Source: Myxococcales bacterium (GTDB lineage: Bacteria; Myxococcota_A; Polyangia; Fen-1088). From it: a DNA stretch of 64,000 nt. The stretch covers positions 81,232 through 145,231 of the forward strand of contig JAGTJU010000008.1 of NCBI GenBank assembly GCA_022184915.1. Direction: 5' to 3'. Positions 1-9,061 of this stretch are shown here, piece by piece. The notes under the pieces are model-generated. The model was not told the DNA's origin and did no database searches. It saw only the letters and a program-made list of their open reading frames with translations. The position numbers and the translations under genes are program-made. The stretch's first letter is position 1, and each line of letters starts with the position of its first letter.

Positions 1-132
1 GTGACCTGCGAACGCAAACGCATCCGGGGCGCCAACTTGTGCATCGAGCATCTCATCGCCAACCGCTTCGGCCGTCAATTCTCGCGCCTCGATCGCGCAC
101 GCCCGAACGAGCCGGCCTGAGCACTGTCGCGA

Positions 133-178
133 GGAAAATAAGTGGCCCGGACCCCCCACAGCGTGGGAGATCCGGGCC
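133..178 (-). terminator. Intrinsic terminator (minus strand)
   Basis: Minus strand reads GGCCCGGATCTCCCAC-GCT-GTGGGGGGTCCGGGCC (16-bp stem with two G:U pairs, 144-178) followed by ACTTATTTT. Confidence 0.7.
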
Positions 179-188
179 GTCCCTCGTT

Positions 189-284
189 CTACGGCTTCCT
201 CTGGCTGCGTGTTCTCGGCACGGAGACCTTGCGTGAGATCCCCGTTTGTCCTCCTTTTCGTCCACCGGACGCCCGCTGGTTCAT
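189..284 (-). CDS. Candidate 31-aa basic small protein (MNQRASGGRKGGQTGISRKVSVPRTRSQRKP); may instead be a small RNA
   Basis: Manually read ORF below the track cutoff. GAGGGA lies 7 nt upstream of the ATG and a terminator follows directly. No recognised homology. Confidence 0.25.
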   Translation of the reverse strand: MNQRASGGRKGGQTGISRKVSVPRTRSQRKP

Positions 285-442
285 CGGTGCGTCCCTCACC
301 TGTTGTCCTCACCTCACACTCACTAAGGTACCTGGGTTTCGTTTCCGCATCCTTTCCACGAAGCTAAACCTTCGTAAGGCGCTGCCCCCCTCGCCGCGCG
401 ACCCCCGCGACAAACGCCACGACCTGCGCGACACTCGAGCGG

Positions 443-1342
443 GTGACGAAAGCCTCTGCCCCTCCCGCGAAGCGCCTGACTCCCCTCGCACGCCTGCGCG
501 CGATGCTCGCTGAGCCCGGTCTTTTGCTGATGCCCTGTTGCTTCGACGGCCTTTCGGCGCGGCTCATCGAGCTGGCCGGCTTCCGCCTGACGTTCATGAG
601 CGGCTTCGCCGTTTCAGCGGCACGGCTCGGCGCACCCGACACGGGGCTCATCTCGTACGGCGAGATGCTCGATCAAGGGCGCAATGTGTGCAGCGCCGTC
701 GATCTGCCCGTGCTGGGCGATGGCGACACCGGCTATGGCAACGCCGTCAACGTCAAGCGCACGGTGTTCGGCTACGCGCAAGCAGGGTTCGCGGCGGTGA
801 TGCTGGAAGATCAAGTGGCGCCAAAGCGCTGTGGGCACACACAGGGCAAGCAGGTCGTGGGACGCAGTGAGGCGGTGGCCCGCATCCGCGCCGCCACCGA
901 CGCGCGCGACGAAGGCGCGCAGATCGCGATCCTGGCCCGCACCGACGCGCGCGCCACGCATGGACTCGCGGAAGCTCTGTGGCGGGCGCAGGCGTTCGTG
1001 GACGAGGGGGCCGACATCGTCTTCGTCGAAGCGCCCCGTGACGAGCGCGAGATGGAAGAGATCGGGCGCGCCGTCACGGTCCCCTTGCTCGCCAACATGC
1101 TGGAAGACGGTGACACGCCCATCTTGCCGCCCGCCCGCCTCGAAGCGCTGGGGTTCAAGATTGCGGCCTACCCGCTCACCCTCGTCAACAGCGCCGTGGC
1201 CGCCATGCAAAAGGCCCTCACGGCGCTGGCGCGTGGGGAAACGCCCAAAGGTCTCCTGCCCTTCGCCGAGCTCAGGCGTGTGGTGGGCTTCGATGCCTAC
1301 GACGCCGAAGCTCGTCGCTACGCTTCGCGCACGGACGAGTAA
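443..1342 (+). CDS. Isocitrate lyase/PEP mutase family protein
   Basis: Motifs DGDTGYG, LEDQVAPKRCGH, ARTDA and PLLANM are typical of the ICL/PEPM superfamily. Confidence 0.9.
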   Translation: MTKASAPPAKRLTPLARLRAMLAEPGLLLMPCCFDGLSARLIELAGFRLTFMSGFAVSAARLGAPDTGLISYGEMLDQGRNVCSAVDLPVLGDGDTGYGNAVNVKRTVFGYAQAGFAAVMLEDQVAPKRCGHTQGKQVVGRSEAVARIRAATDARDEGAQIAILARTDARATHGLAEALWRAQAFVDEGADIVFVEAPRDEREMEEIGRAVTVPLLANMLEDGDTPILPPARLEALGFKIAAYPLTLVNSAVAAMQKALTALARGETPKGLLPFAELRRVVGFDAYDAEARRYASRTDE

Positions 1343-1394
1343 GCCGCACGACGGCCCCCCCCTTTGCTGCGTTTCCATCGCCACCTCACGCACC

Positions 1395-2645
1395 ATGCTC
1401 GACACCTTGCATTCCGCTTTGGGCCTTGTCTGCTTCACCCTTTTCGCGTGGCTGCTCGGCGAAAACCGCCGGGCGGCCCGTGTGAAAGTGGCCGCGGCGG
1501 GCATGGCCTTACAAATAGGCCTGGCCGCGCTCATCCTCAAGGTGCCGCTCGTGCGCGCGGGCTTTGGCGCGCTGAACGCGGCCGTGTTGGCCGTGCAGAA
1601 CGCCACGGAAGCGGGCACCTCGCTGGTGTTCGGCTACCTGGGAGGAGGGTCGCTTCCCTTTGCGCCACAGCCAGGCGCCTCCCCGTACATCTTCGCGTTC
1701 CGCGCGCTCCCGCTCATCGTCGTCATCAGCGCGCTCACGTCGCTGCTGACGCACTTTCGCATCCTGCCGTTCTTCGTGAGGCAGTTTTCGCGGGTGCTCG
1801 AACGCACGTTGGGCATCGGGGGCGCGGTGGGGCTTGGCACGGCGGCCAACGTCTTCGTGGGCATGGTGGAAGGCCCTCTCTTCGTGCGCCCCTTCCTGGC
1901 AAAGCTCACGCGCTCGGAGCTGTTTGTCCTCATGGTGGCGGGCATGGCCACGATCGCGGGCACCGTGCTGGTGCTTTACGCCCAACTCATCTCGCCCGTG
2001 CTGGCAGACGCTGCGGGTCACCTGCTGACGGCCTCGGTGATCAGCGCGCCCGCCGCCGTGACGATCGCCCTGCTCATGGTGCCTGAGACGGAAGCCACGC
2101 TCACGGGCGGCGCCGCCCCTGCGCCCGAGACCAAGAGCGTGATGGATGCCGTGACGGCGGGGACCACCGCGGGCCTTCAGATTCTCCTCACCGTGACGGC
2201 CATGCTGATCGTGCTGGTGGCGCTCGTGCACCTCGTGAACGCTGGGTTGGGTGTCCTGCCTGCGGTTGCCGGCGCGCCGCTGTCCCTCGAACGGGTGCTG
2301 GGATGGCTCATGGCGCCCGTGACCTGGCTCATGGGCATTCCGTGGCGCGAAGCGCCCGTGGCGGGGGCGCTGATGGGCACGAAGACGGTGCTCAACGAGT
2401 TTCTCGCGTACTTGCAAATGTCGCAGCTGCCTCCCGAGGCGCTCAGCCCGCGCAGCCGGCTCATCATGGCGTATGCGCTATGTGGCTTCGCCAACTTCGG
2501 AAGCCTGGGCATCATGCTCGGGGGGCTGTCGGCCATGGTGCCCGAACGGCGCGCGGAGATCGCGCGGCTCGGCGCCAAGAGCGTGGTGGGCGGAACGCTG
2601 GCCACGTTGTCCACCGGCGCGGTGGTGGGCCTGCTCGGCGGGTGA
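1395..2645 (+). CDS. nupC: Concentrative nucleoside transporter (CNT, NupC/NupG family)
   Basis: Polytopic membrane protein with FAFRALP, NVFVGMVE, MATIAG, KTVLNEF and LCGFANFGS CNT motifs. Start moved to ATG 1395, in frame with ORF 831..2645. Confidence 0.9.
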   Translation: MLDTLHSALGLVCFTLFAWLLGENRRAARVKVAAAGMALQIGLAALILKVPLVRAGFGALNAAVLAVQNATEAGTSLVFGYLGGGSLPFAPQPGASPYIFAFRALPLIVVISALTSLLTHFRILPFFVRQFSRVLERTLGIGGAVGLGTAANVFVGMVEGPLFVRPFLAKLTRSELFVLMVAGMATIAGTVLVLYAQLISPVLADAAGHLLTASVISAPAAVTIALLMVPETEATLTGGAAPAPETKSVMDAVTAGTTAGLQILLTVTAMLIVLVALVHLVNAGLGVLPAVAGAPLSLERVLGWLMAPVTWLMGIPWREAPVAGALMGTKTVLNEFLAYLQMSQLPPEALSPRSRLIMAYALCGFANFGSLGIMLGGLSAMVPERRAEIARLGAKSVVGGTLATLSTGAVVGLLGG

Positions 2646-2652
2646 AGAGCGC

Positions 2653-3234
2653 CTACACGCGCGCCGCGGGATCCAGCCACGCGTCGGGGATGGGGCGCGG
2701 GGCCCCCTCACTCGAAAGACCTAGAGACACCGCCGCCCAGTGGCCCACGTTGTACCAGATATGTGGGCCCGGGCAGTTGGGGCGGCCATGCAGATTGAAC
2801 TGCCTGTGCGCGTAGACGTAGCGAAGCGCATGGCGGCTCCAGAGGTGGCGCACCAGCTGCCGTCCGGCTTCCACTTCGGCCCAGGTGGGCACTCGGGATC
2901 CCGCCGTTCCGTCCGCGATCTCCTCCGACGTGGCCAGTCCCTCGGCGCCGAACGAGGCGAATTCGATGTGAAGGCTGGCCCGCGCGTGCGCGTCGTCCAG
3001 CAGAGCTTCGACGGGCCGCAGCTGCAGCACGGTGCCGTCGCGAAGCACGGCGAAGTGGGCGATCACCGTATCGTATTGATCGGGCCGGTCCCCTCGATCG
3101 AAGCCCATCTGGTGCAGCACCACGGCGTTGATGGCGGTCAAGGGGCGCCGCGTACCGAAGCGGCTCAGGATCGGCATCCCGCGAAGGTTGTTCGCGATGC
3201 CAGCCGTCAGGGAGGTGCGATCGACGATGACCAC
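2653..3234 (-). CDS. N-acetylmuramoyl-L-alanine amidase (Amidase_2/PGRP-like), small
   Basis: VVLHQ, AHFAVLRDG, HIEF, AHRQF and NCPG match the Zn-amidase pattern. GTG start at 3234 inferred within ORF 2653..3945. Confidence 0.75.
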   Translation of the reverse strand: MVIVDRTSLTAGIANNLRGMPILSRFGTRRPLTAINAVVLHQMGFDRGDRPDQYDTVIAHFAVLRDGTVLQLRPVEALLDDAHARASLHIEFASFGAEGLATSEEIADGTAGSRVPTWAEVEAGRQLVRHLWSRHALRYVYAHRQFNLHGRPNCPGPHIWYNVGHWAAVSLGLSSEGAPRPIPDAWLDPAARV

Positions 3235-3390
3235 ACCCCCGTTATAGGCCTGCCTGCGTTCGGACACAACCGGCCCGGCACGCCGCAGGTCACCGCGAGG
3301 TAACGAGCCTCGCGTCCGCCCCAGGCACAAGGCGCCCGATCGCGCTGGAATGTGCTTTGCACACTTCCAAGTCGTGGGGGAGGGACAGCG

Positions 3391-3918
3391 ATGCGCGTGT
3401 GGAAGCAACCTTGGTCTGTGTGGCTCCTGGGGCTCGCGGTGGCGACGACGGCGGCGGTGACGAGGGCGCAAGAGACGACGCCCGGTACGCCCCAGGAGGT
3501 GCGCGACGTGACCGTCGACAACCCGGGCGTGGGCATCGCCCCCGCGCAAGAGCTCGGCAGCCTCGGACGCGGCGACGAGGAACGGGCCCTTGCGCCGGCG
3601 GAGATGGAGACGCAGACCGCCAGCAACGAGCTCTTCGCCGACGAAACCCGCACCCTGTGGCGATGCAGGCACAAGGTCGCCTTCGCGCAGAAGGTGGCGC
3701 CGGCCGCGATTCCGCCGGGGCGCGTGCTGGTCCGCTTCGTGGTGGACACGTCGGGGCAACCGCGGCAGGCCGCCGTGGTGGCGCTCGAGCCGCTCGACAC
3801 GGACGTGTTGTTCTGTGTGAAGGACGAGGTTCAATCGTGGCGCCTCGAACCGCCGCCCGTCAAGCCCGTGACCTTCACACGCGAGGTCGACCTGCGCGCG
3901 CCCAATGAAGATCCCTGA
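3391..3918 (+). CDS. Exported protein with TonB C-terminal/AgmX-PglI-like domain
   Basis: Signal peptide (MRVWKQPWSVWLLGLAVATTAAVTRA). The C-terminus GRVLVRFVVDTSG...CV...SWRLEPP resembles TonB_C-like domains. Confidence 0.6.
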   Translation: MRVWKQPWSVWLLGLAVATTAAVTRAQETTPGTPQEVRDVTVDNPGVGIAPAQELGSLGRGDEERALAPAEMETQTASNELFADETRTLWRCRHKVAFAQKVAPAAIPPGRVLVRFVVDTSGQPRQAAVVALEPLDTDVLFCVKDEVQSWRLEPPPVKPVTFTREVDLRAPNEDP

Positions 3919-4223
3919 CGAACGTCTCTGGCTTCCTGGCTTCATCTGCGAAGCCCTTTCGCGAGGCCTCTCACAACCGCCACAACGCTTTCGTGTGACC
4001 AGCGTCCCCCGTTCTTTCTGATTTAGTCGCCGCCTGACTTTCTGCGAGATCTATCGGTTGGACGGCCGGAGCCAAAGAGACACCTCCAGTGAGTTCTTGC
4101 TAGCTGGGCCACTCATTCCGAACAAAGGCGAGCAAGTGGCCACAGAGTCGGTCCTCTTCTCCAGGCGTCACCAAGGTGAGACTACTGGTTTGTGCGTTTC
4201 GCGCAGATCAGGTAGCGTTCGCC

Positions 4224-5057
4224 ATGGCCGATGTCATGAACTTCTATATCGATGACTCCGGTTCCCGAAGTCCCGACCGCCATCCCAAGGATGCTTTGCC
4301 AGGGCATGGCCATGACTTTTTCGGATTGGGCGGGGTTCTTGTTCGCGAGCGTGATGAAGCGTTCGTGCGCGCGAAGCACGAGGCACTGGTCTCTGAATGG
4401 AAGCTGCATGGCCAGCCTCTCCACTCGTCAGAAATTCGCGCCAGCAAAGGCCCCTTCACATGGCTCCGCGGCGCATCCGCCGAAAGGCGGGAAAAGTTCT
4501 ACACCGATATCGAACAACTAGTGACGACGCGCGAACTTACCGCGCTCGCTTGCGTCGTTGATCGGCCCGGCTACAACCGTCGGTATCGCGACCAGTACGG
4601 AAGAAAACGCTGGCAGCTTTGCAAGACTGCGTTCTATATCGTGGTCGAGCGTGCCGCCAAATACGCGATAGCCAAGGATTGCAAGCTCCGGATCCTCATC
4701 GAGAGCGCTGGCAAACGTGAAGACGGTCAACTCCAGAACTACTATTCGGATATGCGGAACGTGGGTCAGCCTTTCGATCCCACTAGAGCTGCCAAATACG
4801 AGCCACTTCACCCAGCCGCGCTGGCCGCGACGCTGCACGAGTTCCGCAAGAAGAGTAAGTCGTCTCCGTTGATGCAACTTGCCGATCTATGCTTATGGCC
4901 ACTGTGCCTTGGCGGCTACGACTCCGGAAACGTACCCTACGCCGCCTTGAGACGTGCGGGTACACTCCTCGATGCGCAGCTGCGCCCAGAGGACGTCCCA
5001 CATCTGGTCGTTAAATACAGTTGCTTCGAAGCACTCAAAAAAGCTGAAGCTCGCTAG
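4224..5057 (+). CDS. DUF3800-like protein (predicted RNase H-like fold)
   Basis: N-terminal FYIDDSG, central LHSSEIR and ILIES, and C-terminal MQLADL are family hallmarks recognised by eye. Composition is visibly less GC-rich than the flanks. Confidence 0.8.
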   Translation: MADVMNFYIDDSGSRSPDRHPKDALPGHGHDFFGLGGVLVRERDEAFVRAKHEALVSEWKLHGQPLHSSEIRASKGPFTWLRGASAERREKFYTDIEQLVTTRELTALACVVDRPGYNRRYRDQYGRKRWQLCKTAFYIVVERAAKYAIAKDCKLRILIESAGKREDGQLQNYYSDMRNVGQPFDPTRAAKYEPLHPAALAATLHEFRKKSKSSPLMQLADLCLWPLCLGGYDSGNVPYAALRRAGTLLDAQLRPEDVPHLVVKYSCFEALKKAEAR

Positions 5058-5115
5058 AAGCGAGCTTCAGGACGGCTGCCTCACGGCGACCCAGTGGGCG
5101 ATGCCCAATGGCTAT
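5044..5115 (+). ncRNA. Candidate structured RNA immediately 3' of the DUF3800 gene (DUF3800-motif-like)
   Basis: Three consecutive hairpins: perfect 12-bp CTGAAGCTCGCT/AGCGAGCTTCAG (5044-5070, spans the stop codon), GGCTGCC-TCAC-GGCGACC (5074-5091), and CCA-G-TGGGC-GAT-GCCCA-A-TGG (5091-5111). No poly-U tail. Confidence 0.5.
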
Positions 5116-5376
5116 ACTAGTTGCAAACGGCTTGGCTAGTCAACTGGGCGGGCGCCCCTTTTCAGTCCTAAATTTAGCGAGCCCGCTCGGCGGCAAGTGG
5201 CGTTCGTTTCGGAGTCCGCCTATCCGCTCGAGGCTCAGTGCGCAATGGAATCGCTCAGGCGGTCAAAGTCCGTTATTGCCGAGCATCATCCCGCTTCGCA
5301 GAGTTGCGTTCGAGGTACTCTTGCCGCGCTCGTCCAAGTTCCTCACGCCGTGGCCAACCGCATTCGCGCGCCATCG

Positions 5377-5811
5377 CTACTTCGTAGTCACTGAAGAAGT
5401 GTCGAGACACTGGATTTCAGTGAATGCTACCGAAAGGAAATTGAATGTCCCTCGCAACGATTCGTTCAAAGCATCGAAGTTGATGGTCGATAGCAATGTC
5501 GAGAGGTTTTTGGTTGCACCGTCCTAGCTCAAGGCGTAGCGAAAACCGTCGGCGTAGGGGTCGACGTAGTGGATCTCATCGAGGATCGCGCCGAGTCACG
5601 ATGCGGCGCCCGACACGCCTCCTTCCGAAGGCTGTCAACGGCGGCCTCGTATGACCAACGATAGTGGCGCCGAAAAGTGGAACCGCCTGCATCGTGGTAG
5701 CTACCAAAGTCGGCTCCACCGCGGCTTGTGTCGCCACAAAAAACTTGCCGCTTCACGTCGGGCCAGAGAAACGCGCGTTCGTACAACGCTTCTAGGGTCT
5801 TCGTTGTCCAT
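5377..5811 (-). pseudogene. Decayed gene, possibly HEPN-like hypothetical protein
   Basis: Protein-like segments lie in different frames: (..GDTSRGGADF..YRWSYEAAVDSL..) and (ILDEIHYVDPYADGFRYALS*DGATKNLSTLLSTINFDALNESLRGTFNFL), the latter with an in-frame TAG at 5524-5526. Family assignment is from pattern memory only. Confidence 0.35.
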
Positions 5812-6108
5812 TTTCGGCAACTTCGCGTGTCTAGAACATCCGGGCAGGTTACGGCCCGAGACCGGGGAGCTTGCCCGTCCCCCCAACGCCTCAAAATCGC
5901 GTTCTCGCTCGCACGCCCGGAGCGTGTCTGACCCTCGACCAGTCCGTCCAACCCATCTTTTCTGGCTGCACAAGCCCTTCCGCGAATTTTCGATGATCAC
6001 GGCAGACTACGTGGAGACCTCGCCGTGAAGCGAGGGGCGCGCCCCAGGCACCTGCAGCGCAAGAATCGGGTCGAAGCCGCGCACGGGCGGGGATAGGCTG
6101 CTTGGCAC

Positions 6109-7023
6109 ATGACCGCCGATTACCACCGCGTCGAAGCGGCGCTTCGCTATCTCGAAGAACGCTGGCCGGAGCACCCCTCGCTCGACGACGTGGCGAAGCA
6201 CATTGGTCTTTCGCCCTTTCATTTTCAGCGCCTGTTCCACCGGTGGGCAGGCATCACGCCCCATCGCTTCATGCAGCACCTCACGTGGTCGTTCGCGCGG
6301 GCGCGCCTGCAGCAAGATGTGCCCGTGCTGCAGGCGGCCTTTGAGGGCGGGCTTTCGGGCGCGTCGCGGCTGCACGATCTGGCCTTGCGGCTCGAAGCCG
6401 TCACGCCCGGGCAGATGCGTTCGGGCGGCGCCTCTTTGCCGATCCGCTGGGGTGTCCACGAGAGCCCCTTCGGCCGCTGCTTCGTGGCCACCACACCGCG
6501 GGGCCTTTGCCAGCTGGGCTTCGTCTCCGAAGATCCCGGCGGCACTTCTTTCGAAGAGCTGCGCGCGACGCTGGCCCGCACGTTTCCGCAGGCACAGCTC
6601 GCCGAGGACGCGGGAGCCACGGCGCCCCTCGTGGCGCGTGTGTTCCGGGCGCCGCCTCCGCGCGGCCTTGGCGGGGATCGCCCGCTTTTGCCCCTCTTCG
6701 TCTCGGCAAGCCCATTTCAGCTCCAGGTCTGGCGTGCGCTCTTGGCCATCCCCGAGGGCGCGGTCACCACGTACCAGGCGATTGCGCGGGCCATTGGCAA
6801 CCCCGGCGCCACGCGCGCTGTGGGCACGGCCGTGGGGCGCAACCCGATCGCCTGGCTCATCCCCTGCCACCGCGTGATCCGCAGCGAGGGACACACGGGG
6901 CAGTACCGTTGGGGCCCTCTGCGCAAGCGCGCGATGCTGGCATGGGAGGCCGCCCGAACCTCTCCCGAAGAGCCTGCCCGCGGCGCCGCGCCCGAGCGGC
7001 TGGTACGCTCGGCCCCCCCATGA
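6109..7023 (+). CDS. AraC-HTH / methylated-DNA-[protein]-cysteine S-methyltransferase fusion (Ada-like, no N-terminal Zn domain)
   Basis: N-terminal AraC HTH (LSPFHFQRLFHRWAGITP) and C-terminal IPCHRVI active-site motif. Confidence 0.9.
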   Translation: MTADYHRVEAALRYLEERWPEHPSLDDVAKHIGLSPFHFQRLFHRWAGITPHRFMQHLTWSFARARLQQDVPVLQAAFEGGLSGASRLHDLALRLEAVTPGQMRSGGASLPIRWGVHESPFGRCFVATTPRGLCQLGFVSEDPGGTSFEELRATLARTFPQAQLAEDAGATAPLVARVFRAPPPRGLGGDRPLLPLFVSASPFQLQVWRALLAIPEGAVTTYQAIARAIGNPGATRAVGTAVGRNPIAWLIPCHRVIRSEGHTGQYRWGPLRKRAMLAWEAARTSPEEPARGAAPERLVRSAPP

Positions 7024-7967
7024 CCCCGCCGCCCCCTCCGTCTCGACTGGCCATCGCTCTGGCGTTCGCCGCGGTGTACGTGGTCTGGGGCTCGACCTAC
7101 CTGGCCATGCGCATCGGCGTGGGCAGCCTGCCTCCGTTTCTTCTGGGCGCCATCCGGTTTTTTCTCGCAGGGTGCGCCATGTGGGGCTACCACGCGGCCA
7201 AGGGGAAAACCCACCTTGCCCGCGGACACTGGAGGAACACCACGATCGCGGGGCTGTTGCTTTTGGTGGGCGGCAACGGCGGGGTGGTGTGGGCGGTGCA
7301 GCACATTCCCTCGGGGCTGGCGGCGTTGATCGTGGGCACCGTGCCGCTGTGGGTGGTGGCGCTGGCGTGGGCCACCGGGGCGCGCCGTCCTTCGGGGCGT
7401 TTGGTGTCGGGTCTTGGCCTCGGGCTCGTGGGCATCGCCGTGTTGCTGGGCCCCGATGTCGTGACGGCCTTTGCGCACGACCAAGCCCCGGGCACCCCGG
7501 CGCGCGCCCACGCGCTGGGTGTGCTCGCCGTGCTCTTTGCGTCGCTGTCCTGGGCGATGGGCTCGCTGTGGTCGCGACGCGCCCGGGTGCCCGAGGCGCC
7601 GCTCTTGCCCACGGGCATGCAGATGCTGGCGGGCGGCGCTGCGTTGTTCTTGCTGTCGGCCGTCCGGGGCGAAATGACCACGTTTTCTCCCGCGCAGGTG
7701 ACGAGCGCTGCGCTCCTCGCGCTCGCGTATTTGGTGGTGTTCGGCTCGCTTTTGGCCTACTCGGCGTACATCTGGCTTTTGCAGGTGGTGCCCCCGGCCC
7801 GCGTGGCCACTTATGCCTTCGTCAACCCCGTCGTGGCCGTGTTTCTTGGCACCGCGCTCGCGGGAGAGCCGCTTGGCACCCGCACGCTGGTGTCGGCGGC
7901 GATCATCGTTGGCGCCGTGGCGCTCATCACCACGGCCCCTGCGGACGCCCCGCCGCAGACGCGCTGA
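7020..7967 (+). CDS. EamA/DMT family transporter (YedA-like)
   Basis: VYVVWGSTYLAMR, two EamA repeats and YAFVNPVVAVFLG. ATGA overlap with the upstream stop. Confidence 0.9.
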   Translation: MTPPPPPSRLAIALAFAAVYVVWGSTYLAMRIGVGSLPPFLLGAIRFFLAGCAMWGYHAAKGKTHLARGHWRNTTIAGLLLLVGGNGGVVWAVQHIPSGLAALIVGTVPLWVVALAWATGARRPSGRLVSGLGLGLVGIAVLLGPDVVTAFAHDQAPGTPARAHALGVLAVLFASLSWAMGSLWSRRARVPEAPLLPTGMQMLAGGAALFLLSAVRGEMTTFSPAQVTSAALLALAYLVVFGSLLAYSAYIWLLQVVPPARVATYAFVNPVVAVFLGTALAGEPLGTRTLVSAAIIVGAVALITTAPADAPPQTR

Positions 7968-8034
7968 CGCGTCAGCGTGCAACATTCACTAATTTGACCC
8001 CGCGGGCCACAGGGCCAAGCATGGGGCGAAGCCC

Positions 8035-8889
8035 ATGGAAGCACTGTCAGCCCGCCGTCCCCCCGTGGCCCATGAAGGCGTTGCCGCCGCCACGAAGGCC
8101 CACGCCGCCTTCGATCTCAAAGGCGTCATGTCGTCGACCACCGTCATGCGGCTCAAAAGCCGCGATCTGGGGCTCATCGAGCGGCAGCTGCGCAACCGGG
8201 TCACGCAGTTCCCGCAGTTTTTCGAACATGCGCCCATGGTGGTGGACTTTACGCCGCTGCAAGGCCGCTCCGACGGCATCGCGCTTGCGGCTCTCGCGCG
8301 CATGTTGCGCGCCCGTGGCGTCGTGCCTGTGGGGGTCACCAACCTCGACGAGGCCTTCCACGAAGAGGCGATCGCGGCCGGGCTGGGCATTATCAAGCCC
8401 ACCGGCCCCGCAGGCTTGCGCCTCGGCCCCGACGGCCTGGGAGACGCCGCCGACGTGCGCCCCGCCGCAGGTCCCGTGCCCACCGCCTCGGTCAACGAGG
8501 GGCCCACGGTTCCCATGGCCAGCGTGCCCGCGCCCGAACCCGCGCGTCCCGTCTTCGCGCACAGGCCGCCCATGGTGATTCGCACCCCCGTGCGCAGCGG
8601 TCAGGAGATCTACGCGCGGCAAACGGACCTCATCGTGCTGGGCCCCGTGAACCCCGGCGCCCAGGTCATTGCCGATGGCCACGTGCACGTCTACGCCCCC
8701 CTGCGCGGACGCGCGATTGCAGGCGCAGCCGGTTACCCCGAAGCACGCATCTTCTGCCAGAAGCTCGAGGCCGAGCTCATCTGCATCGCGGGGGCATACA
8801 TGTTGGCCGACGACCTGCCCGCCGATCGCGTGGGCCGCGCCGTGCAGGTGTTCATCGAACACGGCGAGTGCCACATCATCCCGCTGTGA
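8035..8889 (+). CDS. minC: Septum site-determining protein MinC
   Basis: N-terminal FDLKG and C-terminal beta-helix PVRSGQEIYA..DLIVLGPVNPGAQVIADGHVHVYAPLRGRAIAG. Exact start uncertain. Confidence 0.92.
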   Translation: MEALSARRPPVAHEGVAAATKAHAAFDLKGVMSSTTVMRLKSRDLGLIERQLRNRVTQFPQFFEHAPMVVDFTPLQGRSDGIALAALARMLRARGVVPVGVTNLDEAFHEEAIAAGLGIIKPTGPAGLRLGPDGLGDAADVRPAAGPVPTASVNEGPTVPMASVPAPEPARPVFAHRPPMVIRTPVRSGQEIYARQTDLIVLGPVNPGAQVIADGHVHVYAPLRGRAIAGAAGYPEARIFCQKLEAELICIAGAYMLADDLPADRVGRAVQVFIEHGECHIIPL

Positions 8890-8912
8890 CGGGGTCCTCT
8901 GCCCCACCCCAG

Positions 8913-8938
8913 GCGCCCCCCGGAGGGCGCTTTTCTTT
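8913..8938 (+). terminator. Intrinsic terminator between minC and minD
   Basis: GCGCCC-CCCGGA-GGGCGC followed by TTTTCTTT. Confidence 0.55.
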
Positions 8939-9061
8939 GCGCACTTCGATGTAGTCACAGGTGCTACCCGTGGCGCCGTTTTCTCCAAAAATTTTACGGA
9001 CTTCGCCTCTCAATGTTTTATGGGACCACGACTCGCGAATTGAATCAGGGAGGCCCATATC

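Noticed and set aside
1-130. Partial gene at the left window edge
   Set aside because: The stretch is too short to assign a frame or product.
5108-5527. 139-aa plus-strand ORF downstream of DUF3800 as a partner gene
   Set aside because: It has no recognisable motifs and no SD, and it is antisense to the more protein-like decayed minus-strand frame.
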